Assembly (NCBI GenBank): GCA_037379345.1
Contig: CM074511.1
Span: 57,852,862 to 57,916,861 of the forward strand
Source: Perna viridis
Taxonomy: Eukaryota
Direction: 5' to 3'
DNA length: 64,000 nucleotides
In this document: in pieces, positions 48,830 to 59,974 of the stretch
How the letters are laid out: every line of letters begins with the position of its first letter
Numbering within the stretch: position 1 is the stretch's first letter
Notes under the pieces: generated by a model
What the model saw: only the letters and a program-made list of their open reading frames with translations
Told to the model about the DNA's origin: nothing
The model's database searches: none
Translations under genes and position numbers: made by a program

Positions 48830-51800
48830 TGTTAACAAGCACTTCTGCTTGCATTAAAACACTTTCCCTAAAATCCTTACTTTGTAGCAAAGATCAGTTA
48901 TTGTTATGAGTTATCAGAATTATCTGATCGGAAGAGCCGGTAAGCATATAGTTTTAATGCCATGATCTCGTGTCGCTAGCCTTCCTGATGATCATCGATA
49001 ACAAAACATATTGATATTGGTGATCTGCAATGAACAAATGCAATTTAATTATCTGCAATATTTACAACCTGGTATTGTCCATATATAGAATCAGTAATCC
49101 AATACTGTTCATAATTAAACCAGAAAAATATTCACATTTTAATCTGTTATTTTGATTTTATTTTAACTCAATTTCGTTTCCATTGCACAAACAAGTTCGT
49201 ATAAACTATGACTTGTAGATAACAAACTACATTTTATAATCGCCCATCAACGTATCATTTACACTTCCTACAAGAGAATTTAGATTAAAACTTGCACAAC
49301 GAAGAGGACAAGAAAGTACAATTATCACCAGAAAGTAATGGAACCATATGTCGTAGGTGTTTGGCATTGATCTTAATTGTCATCCCATTGGGAAAATAAA
49401 CCATTGGAATAACCGGACTTATGCTGTGTAAGGTACTATATTTGTGTAACAGATAATTCTGTTTTCCCCATTGTCCCATTTTATCTACTAGTAGCTGCCA
49501 GGGGTTTATGAATTATTTAGTGAAATTTAATTACAAGTTCAAATCACCTTAATTACCAAGTCTCAATAGAGTTCATACAATTTTCTTGTTCAGATTGGTA
49601 CATGTAATGTAAATAAAATGAATAAATAATGTCACTGGCATTGGCAATATAAATCTCGAAGCTTTTTGTCATTTATAGACAAAAGAAACAACCTAATATA
49701 GGTGTACCGCTTTCTTTCTTTCCAAAATGACAAATTAAAACATAGAGTGATTTATATGTCTCGAAAAAAATATCAATATAAAATCCTTAATGATCTGAAA
49801 TATGAACCATGAGTGGGATTACTATAGATGCATTTATATAACACACGAATCTGCCGTGACAAAATAATAGTATTTGCGTAATTAAAAAAGTAAAATCGAC
49901 AGCTGCTTACCTTTAATTTGTCAACACCAAAACGTTTAGTACATACAACTAACCAATTCCATAGTAATATAATATTTCGTTACAGTAATCCAAACAATCC
50001 AAACATTCATGATTGCAAATTTCTATTGAATACCAGACCAGTTAAAACTCTAATATACGAAAACATTAAATTAGACAAAAAACTGGTACCCTGACACAAT
50101 AGAACGAATTAGAACTGACAATTGATGTATTATGTCATATAGCTTAAGTCAATACCGTCACTGTTCATCAACTACTGAGAAGTACCTGACCTGCTGGTAA
50201 ACGTGAAGAAGTCAATGATTTACCTATTACATAACTTGGAGTAAAGAGTTCGTTATCAGTAATAAGTACCATGTTTTGATTGTTTAATTATCACTTCAAA
50301 TTGTGAACAGCAGCAAAAAAGGTCAACTTGCAATAGTTTAATGTAAACACTTAACAATTTCAAAGGTACTTTTTCGATCGTTTTTGAGTAGTGTCAAAGA
50401 AGACTTATTTCTGTATCAAATTGGCTTTTGTCACCCAAACATCTATCATGTATCGGAAGTAAGAATTATAACACTCGACTTCCTCATATGCTCACGTTCG
50501 ATTGTTTTTTTGTGCAACTGGATAATTTACTTTATGAGTTTAGATCACAATCTGGAAACATGTCTTGACTACGTTAACTAAGTTCATTGTTAAACACAGC
50601 ATTAGCGTACTGCGTTCATTACGTTCGCTGATGATTAACTAACCACATCAAGAACTTTTATACGAAAAGGCGTTATTAACAAAGAAAATGAAAAAGTGAC
50701 TGATTTTCAAAGAACTTGTTTGATTCTGTGTTGGACTTAACAAATCAAGCAATGGTGTATATTTTAAATCTACAAAAATATATAACAGTTTTCGGAAGGA
50801 AGTTCAAAACACTTTCTATTTTTATTTTATACATATAATATCCGTATATACTGGTTTAACCAAGCAGATATTGATGCACATTTATACAGGTTATCAAAGC
50901 GAAGGAGTCATATATGTACGACACAATTTGTGTACAACATTTTACACATTTTAAACAAATGCTTTATGATCAATCTTTATATACATACATAAATAAAAAA
51001 AATTATAATGGTTGATACTATGTTAATTTTTGTTATTTTAACAAATCTATTAAGGTTGTGGGTCGAAAGAGTCTAAACATATTTAAGTCTCACATGGAAA
51101 AAGCAACCAATTTTCCTTGTTGGCAGTATGCCCATTGTGCCTTTCTTGCAAACTTTTCTAAAATACAAAAAGTATCTAATCTCAAACTCGTCATCAATGC
51201 GCTATTTTGAGTCATAGGCTAGACAAAACAATGCAATCATCACCATCACCAATACCAAACAAGTTTTACAAAGCTGTTATTGTAACAAACGTAAAGACAT
51301 TCAAGAAACAATGTAGCGATATAAAAATTACATCACTGGTAGATGAATATGTGGCTTTTGCATTCAGCTCCGTAGGGCTGTAAGTTTTCAGTATAGACTG
51401 TTTTGTCGTAGATTTTCATGAATGTATTACTGTATATGGACAATTTTTGGTTTTGTTAATCAACAACATTAACCATTAACTCGCAATTTAGATTAGGAAA
51501 ACATTTCGTCTTTCGTTTTGTTGAGTGACTGACACTTTATCAACCTTTTATACTGTTTTCTAGTTAAATTTTGATAACGAAATCAAATTATAAGCAATGA
51601 CTGTTGTATATTTTTTTCCGCTAGAGTCTTGGTTTACATGATTACACTTTCTTATTTCTGTCCATTTGAAATCAAGATCTTTCAATTATTTCCGGGATTT
51701 TTCAACACAATGGGCTGCATAAAATTGCCAACGGTAAAATTAGTAGTACAGAAGGTATTAACAATAAGTGAAAATAAAAGGAACTAAATACAATTCAAAT

Positions 51801-54800
51801 TAAGTAAAATCCGCGAAGACACCACCTTTAAGCAAGTCTTGAACTTTGTGGCCTGGACGCATCGTGTTCAAAATAAACATATTACAAGTATTTAAAAAAA
51901 AATACAAAAAATTAGTTTGTTCACATTATGAAAATTCCCAACTGTAATCTGTTTGTCAGCAACAGAATATTTTCAAAAAAGATCTTGATATCTGAAATAA
52001 AACTTTTTTTTAAGAAGCGTTCAATACGTATTTTTATAACCTTGGTCCAGGCAATATTGGCATATTAGAAAGGCACAACAGTCGCTACTAACCCCTACAT
52101 ACCTTAACAAATGAGAAATACAAACACCATTTGTAGGGAAAGCTGTAATATTACTGCACAAGAAATGGAAATTGAAATTAAAAAAAAATTAAATCGCAAC
52201 GTTTGTCGCACATTGTTGTACTGATATGAAAGATTCGAGGTGAAAGTAATAAAAATGACATGGAGGAAGCTGTGTCAGTGGTGTTCTTTTTCTAGTTATG
52301 GTGGATAAGCCATTCTCCAGTTAAAGATTATTAATGGAGAGAATATCGATATATGTGAAATTAAAGGAAATAGCTTCTTTAAACTTAACCTTTTTTCACG
52401 AGATTTTAAAGAAATTCCGATTCATGTGAATAAAGATACATATTGGCTAGGAGAGGGGTATAATTAGTGCCAATCGGAATGTCGATGATTTGTTGAAAAA
52501 AAACCCTCCAAAAATGACAAATATGTTGTTAAGGAGAAATTCTACCATACAGATTAACTGTTTTGTTGGAGGTTTTGTCCACACGGACAACAACATATTT
52601 CTCATGATCATCGACAACTTTGACTACTGATCTAAGTTTGGTTTAAATAATAATAAAAACAAATAAATAAATAAATTGTGATTACGTAACGCTCATTCCT
52701 ACTAAACAGTTTATTCTCTACAACAAATCGTCGAAGTTGGTCGTGAAATGTGGTTCCAGAGCAACTTCATTGTATTTCTGAAAAATACATCTGTCGTTAT
52801 AACATCACATTACATACACATTAAACAGATCATTAGGTTACGAATTTAAGTCATCCATTCTTTTGTATTTGTAGTTTCTCAGCATGTTTTTGTTGTAATA
52901 ACCTATTTTTTGCAACCTTCATTCATCAGATTGCAGCCTACAGTATAACTATATCGGAAATTTAAAGTACGCATCAAATGCATCGTTTATGGAAATTTAT
53001 GGTTTCATTTCGTATTAATTGCTGTTAAAAGTATCTTATCACGTCTGTAACGAAAATCTATCACGCGAGTTAATTAACCTTGACCATAAACAATCTAATT
53101 ATCTGAAAGCAGGAAATGCAACTAGTTTTTCTACGGAATTCGCCTAAAATCATTTCAGTTTTCATCGAATGACTTCAGCTTCATAAAATTTATTTCCAGG
53201 AAAATTTCATTCATTGAGCACAGAGGACGTCACATTCTTTGTCATGCCTTGAACATGTCTACTGAGAAGTGTTCTATTTATGTTTGGATTATGGTTAGTA
53301 CTTTAGATACACTGTGGTTCCAAAAGTGAAAAGGATTTCCATCAAGGTTAACATCTATCAGAGCAAGTTAATTTTAATTTTTCTGTTAATTAATGTCTTT
53401 ATGAGAAGAATTTTGTGCCAAAACATCTACGATAGGGCCACAAATCATAAATTGCATTTACCCCTTTGCGCCACCTTTCTTTGTAAAAGGGAATAGAAAT
53501 ATAGAAATTAGATAATCGTATGTAATATATATATATACGAAAGGTACCTAGACCATGTGCTTAGGTATCGGTTCCATCAAGTGCTTGCAGAATCACAAAT
53601 CTCAGAAACACCACCTATGTTGATATACATAAATCAAACACACACTTTGCTTAATTTTAAGTGTACACGACAATAATGTTCTTATGTCTCCGAATTATGA
53701 ATATCCAGTTGTCCCTCGTTCTCAATCATGGTCTTCTTGCTTTTACTATCAAAGTAATTTCATAAGAGTGATACAGCGATCGCCACATGCTCGGGAAATG
53801 TATTACATTATTTTAACCATCTTTATCGCGCCTTTTTAGGGGTTTTGTATAAGTAAAAAAATCATAAACTTTCCGATCTTAAGTAACTGTTGTAAATTTT
53901 TCCTGTCTCACGTATTTCCTGTCTTCTTGTGGACACAATTTTTCGTCAACTATTTTGACTGAAGTAAGAAATTTGTTTTGACATAACATATTAAACTATT
54001 TCACAGATGTTTATCAGTCTTAGGTAAAAGCTGTATTGTAAAGGTTATAACGCAGTAAAGATCGTATATAAAAGTAATGATTTTGCATTTTCATTCGACA
54101 TGCGATTAAAACTTTTCTCGGAGACTACCACATGTCTTTAAACGCATGAGGGTGATTTCTTCTTTATTTCAAACCTTTAAACCCCACCGTCGCACCTAAG
54201 TTTTGCCGCTGGACTTTAATGGAGTTCGGTTACTGTTTTCTGAAATTATCTTTTCTTTTTTTTTTTAATTTTCTGTTTTGTTTTGTCTCTGGTTACTTCG
54301 AATTGTGATTTTTATTTTGAGAGAGTCAACCAACCGATCGACCGAACAAGCAAACAAACATATGATGTTGAGCGAAGACAATTCTTGTCTTGTTATGGAG
54401 ATGGGCACAAGACGATGATAAAAAAAAAAAAAAAACTCGCCACCATTATGGCCACCAATACAATGTATTAGCAATAGACTCTTTTTTTGAAAATGACACG
54501 TAATTACGAAATAATTATTAATTAATTTCCTTGAAATATGATTTTATAGTTTGCAAGTTTCCACCTAAAATACCCAAAAAAGTACGAGAGATATATTGAA
54601 CTACTGTTAATCATTATCACGAATATACCACTAGCTAAAAAAATGTATTGATTGAGTAAGTTTTGTTATAATTATAAACCATTTTACATGTTTGACGTAA
54701 CTTGACTTTTTTCGATGTAAGGCACTTTTCATTAGATCAACATTGATAAAATCTGTAATACGCAGCACATGTATCATGTAATATAATAAAAAGATTTGGT

Positions 54801-55074
54801 GGTGGCTGCAGTAAATATATACATTAATATTTCCGTGCTTTGTCGATTGTAATCAATGTACTGTTACTTTAAACAACGTGACAAAGATATTCCTGTTTAA
54901 TACAAGTAATTTTATTTACTACTGTTTAAAGCGATTCTGACTCGACGTGGTCAGTTTTTTTTAATCATTTTCATTTAACTCCAAAAGTAGATGTTAAACA
55001 TACTTTATTTTCATTAATTATTTTATACATCTTCATTGTATGTACATAGACGAACAAATTAACGAAACATAGTT

Positions 55075-55267
55075 AATTGTTAAATCAAGAAATGCAGGAT
55101 TTGAGAACATAATGCAAGGACAACGACTAGACAAGGAAAATTGACACATAAGACAAAGAACAAAACTTGATATACTAAAAAAAACACGTACAAAAATCAA
55201 AAGTAAACGAGCAATCCGGACTCCACTAAAAACTGGGCACATAGACCAGGTGCACCGGTAGAGTAAT
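55075..55267 (-). mobile_element. Diverged 3'-end copy of the Naiad-type element
   Basis: gagcaatccggactccactaaaaactggg...gaccaggtgcaccggtagagtaa matches the family in reverse complement. Confidence 0.75.
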
Positions 55268-56520
55268 TGACTTCAGCTAAAAATTAAGTTTACGATGGTA
55301 TAACTTTGCTTTTTTTTCAAGTATCAATACAATTAAGCCCGTTTCAGTATCAGTGACCTGAGTTTTAAATCTATATTTCTCTACAAAATAACCTGCCATT
55401 TGTAGTTTTTTAAAAAATATATAGTGTTTGTACTTACTACTTATAATAAATACAAAAACCTGTTGTTGGTCATGAAATACATATTTCACGTCTTGCATTG
55501 CAGCAGCAAACCTCTGCTATACAAAACTAAAAAAAAAGGAGTTGTATGCCAGTGATCATCACAAAATATATTGAATACATTACAACAGAACTATTTACCA
55601 ATGTCAGTTATAAAGACAATCTATCTGAATTAACAACAAATATTATGATCAACGAGGGACATTATCAAGCAAATCTTTGGACATGACAATGATAAGAACC
55701 GAAAATCGATTCGGACTATACAAAAATATAACACGATACTTCCTTGCCTCGATCATTGAGTCTATACAACTCTATTGAATACTGTCAAAGCTGTTGTGGC
55801 GCACACCTACATTTGGTCAAATTAGTCTTATTGTAATATATTGATTTGACCATTGCATTAGACTGGCTTGTCATTTCAAGATGATAATTATAGTTTTTGG
55901 ACATTTTTTGTGTAAAATGTCCAAACCATATACCAGTCCTTATTGTGCTGGAAATCCCTAATACCCGACACGCGCATGCGGCGAGTCCAATACGTGTTTT
56001 AAGTATAAGATGGACTACTCCAGTATTTCTGTATTTGATAATAGCCTATTATTTATATGCTATCATAAACTGTATCACAAACTATTTATTAAACAACATT
56101 CATTGCAAATATTAGCCGTTTATCATATTTACGGAATGCAAGCCATTTTAGCAAGTTTTTCAAAGGGACATTACCCACCAACACCCGACAACCTGGTTGG
56201 CGGTTTCATTGGAGTAAGGGAAAACAGTAAACATCTTTCTTGGAAACTTAAACTATTTTCATTTCGGTAAGTACCTGAATTACTTGAAATTAATGATTTA
56301 AAAGTATCCAAGTACTTACCAAGGCTTTAATATTTTGAATATTTGGAGTCTGCTACTACCCATTGCTCCAATTTAACAGTAAACCAGTCTGTCGGATGAC
56401 AACTTTGTAGAAAATTACTCCCCTTTGCTTAAAATAATAAAAAAACGAAGCCAAAGACGGTAATAATGAAAAAGGACTATTGCCCTTAAATCTATCAATG
56501 AACAGTAGTTAAAGTCGCCT

Positions 56521-56591
56521 TGACGTTATGAATGATTCGATTTTCGAGCGTCCAATGACGTCATGTATGACCATCTTTTCGAGCGTCCAAT
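56521..56591. promoter_or_regulatory. Candidate promoter module (CRE plus duplicated CCAAT-containing 16-mer), possibly of the GPCR
   Basis: TGACGTCA at 56556-56563, TGACGTTA at 56521, ttttcgagcgtccaat at 56541 and 56576, and a strong minus-strand donor gtaagt at 56319. Confidence 0.35.
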
Positions 56592-58402
56592 CCACAATTG
56601 AACGTAAATAACTGAAGTAATGTCCGATATGAAACTTCCGGTTCTACAGTAACACAATAATACAGGAAGGATATCAATATACAGAATCTATTTTGAAAGG
56701 TGAGACAGAATTACGGGGCGCCGAATGTGACATGATCTTTTTGTATTCAAAATCAATTTTGTGTCACAAAAAACAATTTTGCGAGACAAAAGTCTATTTT
56801 GTGTCCAAAATTCAATTTTGTGAGACAAATTTCAATTTTGTGTCACAAAAGTAAAAGTTACAGACCACCAATTCAACCAATGAGCATTCGGAACGTACGC
56901 AAAAATAGTCCTACGCAGAAATTACCCCTGTTCCTCATAGTGCTGTGAAAAAAGTTCTCATCTTATTTAAAAAATTTAAACAGTTTCTGAAAGGAAAAAC
57001 ATTTCTGTACATTTTATAGGTGCATTTTGCTTCTTGTGATGTGAAGCCTAATCTCCATAATGATTTTTAAATATACCCCTATCTTGTGAAAACACTGGGA
57101 TTTCCCATGCTATTTATAGACCCTTCACTTCCGGTACCAGTACTGCACTGCAAGTCTGCTAACCCCACATGCCATTCTGAGGATTGTGAGCTGACATATG
57201 TAGAATCATGCTGATATATAGTCCTCTGCAGGTTAAAGTTAAGGTAAAGTCCAGAGAAGCCATTGAATATTGTGAAATTAGCATAGAAGCCTATGGGAAG
57301 TGGAATTAGTGGTTTTTAGCCTAAATTGTGTATGCAAATTAGTTTACAGAATCCTTTGGATATGCAAATGAATTCAAAATGAGCAGCATCATGTACACGT
57401 GTATAACAAACTTAAAGCATTCACTGCAATACAGTGGATACGGTACGAATGTACACGGTGCAATAAAGCACATGTAAGTGAAAGAAATATCAGATATCGT
57501 AATCGTATAACCCACCATGTCACTTAATCTTGAATCTAAAGATAGATCATTTGAACATTTGTTGGGGAAACGAAAGTTAGACGCGTACTATGTTGGTTTT
57601 TCATCTCGCCCGACCTGTTCCACTCAACCGAATTTCTTGTGTCATACATCAATAGAATCGGAAAGAAAATCGAAATCTATCTGTATCTGGCAAAAAATCG
57701 TGAGGGATAGTGGAACAAAATAATCTTTCGCCGACTTTGACAGATTAACAAATTTCCCCGCACAACATATTTCTTATATTATTTTCTTGGCTAATCTGAC
57801 GATCCATTTCTCTTTAAAGCAAAATTTGGGACACATACATTAATATAAATGATCTTGTCAAATTTTAACAGATTTGGTTGCGATCAAGAGGTCGGGCAAA
57901 AGCATTTTATAGTTGAGTTGAAAGATGTCAGGAAATGATCACGTGATTCATCAAGGAAAATCCCAATAAATCGATAGTAAAAAAATCGCGTATTTTAAAA
58001 CTTGTTTTATCAAACAATTCTCATAGAAAACGTTTACACATGTAATAGCAATTTTAGTAATTTCAGAAGTTTTACTGTAGAATGCAACTGAAAAGATTTT
58101 TTAAAAATTTCACTTAAGACGGCCTTAACCGTCCTGTTGCTGCCGCGGTTAAACCTTCTTACAAAATCTTGATGAGAGAATTCATTTGCATTTCCAAACG
58201 ATTCTGTGAACTAATTTGCATACAAAATAGACTTTTGTGACAAAATTCAATTTTGTCTCACAAAATCATTTTGATATGCAAATAAATTCTCTCATCACGA
58301 TTTTGTAAGATGGTGTCTCGTTGGATATATTGTAATCGCGGGTCTCGCAGACGCAGGTTTCCGATTACTTCGAGCAACGCAGGACGGTTAAGGCCGTTTT
58401 AA

Positions 58403-59113
58403 AGCTGCATTAGTTGTCATTTTTGAAAACTTTTGTTTCTGTTGAAATATGCCTTAACTTTTAATTATTTCTACTGTTCTGTATACTTTCATTCGAAATC
58501 TACAAATAAAATGTATTAAAGACATGAAACATTTGTCTATATATTTATTGTCTTGCAAGACAAAAAAATCGACCTAGATAAATTCGTATGCATATGACTT
58601 CTGGTGATCTTAATCCACGCATGTGCTGTAAAGGTAACTTTTAAAAAAAATAATTCTGATAGCAAAGGGAAAGTGGTTAATCAATGGCAAGGGAGACCTC
58701 CACACTCAAGCCGTAAAACAAAATTTCGAATATAATGCAAGGATCCTTTTGAAATTTGAGTATTGTGATCCATATAATGTGGCACAAACATAGTCAGTAA
58801 TTGTCATTATTTATTATCAAGAAATAGATGAAATGACATGTAAACAAGACATGTGCTTACCTGTGTATCCGTTATTGTTATTTGTTTTACCAAGTTTAAG
58901 TATTTTTAACCCAGGTTAATGTCCTGTCGGCAATCTTCGGAAGTAATAGCGAAAAATAATTAGAACTGAGATATCGATCTTCTTGTTTAAAAAAAACGTT
59001 CTTTTCACAATATTCTGTAGGTATTATCGACAATTATTGCTTCAACCTCATTTCATTTTGTCAGCAAAATTCAGTAGAATCAAAACTGAAAAAATTTGGC
59101 AGCTAATGCAGCT
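58403..59113. mobile_element. Kolobok-type non-autonomous element
   Basis: TTAA duplicated (58399-58402, 59114-59117); TIR agctgcattagttgtca / tggcagctaatgcagct; splits one arm of an inverted repeat. Confidence 0.85.
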
Positions 59114-59236
59114 TTAAGTAAAATTAAGAAAATCTTTTAAGTTGCATTCCACAGTAAAACTGTTCTGAAATTACTAAAACTCCTATTACATGTGTATACG
59201 TTTTATATGAGATTTGTTTGATAAAACAGGTTTTAA

Positions 59237-59262
59237 AGAGTAATCAAGGGAACCAAGGTTAT
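59237..59262 (-). mobile_element. Extreme 3' tip (26 bp) of the Naiad-type element
   Basis: aagagtaatcaagggaaccaaggtta is identical to the family terminus at 1704 onward. Confidence 0.65.
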
Positions 59263-59974
59263 TGTATTACGGAATTGAATCTTGTGACACAGTATTGAAT
59301 TTGATGACACAGAATTGACTTTTGTGTCACCGAATTGAATTTTGTCTCACAAAATTGAATTTTATCTCACAAAATTGAATTTTATCTCACAAAATTCAAT
59401 TAAGTGACACAGAATTGAATTTTGTGACAAAGAATTGACTTTTATGACTCACATTGAATTTTATATTGATTTTTGTGACACAAAATACACTTTTGTCACA
59501 CAAAATTGATTTTGAATAAAAAAGTTCCTTTCGGCGCCCCGTATATGGTAGCCAGAAATTATTGTTATTTTTAGTACGTTTTTTAAGTCCAAGTTACCAA
59601 AACGTTAGGATTCTCTGCCATTTTTGTGGAACCTACTCTTTCCACGTGGAATTTGGAAAGGATTTTAATATATTTTTTAGCAGTCATTTATCTTTATCAG
59701 CCCCCTTTTGTAAACATTGGGACTTTTACATGTAAATGTTAGGGATTTCTCAGTTCGTTCGGCATTTTTATGCATTTAGGGGTTATGCTTACTTAATATA
59801 AGTTTCAGGCTAACCGTAGTTCCTATAGAACTGCCACACGTACTGTAGTTTCAGAGAAAACATGTGCGACTGATATTTGGAACTTGTCACTTTCAATCTT
59901 GGCATTCATGGAATAGCCGGAAGTTTACATTATATCTTAGCTTTGGCAGATTTGTGCGTAAAAAAGATTATTAT

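Larger units (their letters stand above)
56714..59541. mobile_element. 2.8-kb composite non-autonomous DNA transposon (TA TSD) with ~21-bp subterminal repeat arrays and nested insertions
   Basis: TA|cggggcgccgaa ... ttcggcgccccg|TA, with arrays of aattttgtgtcacaaaatt at about 56750-56850 and 59275-59515. Confidence 0.85.
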
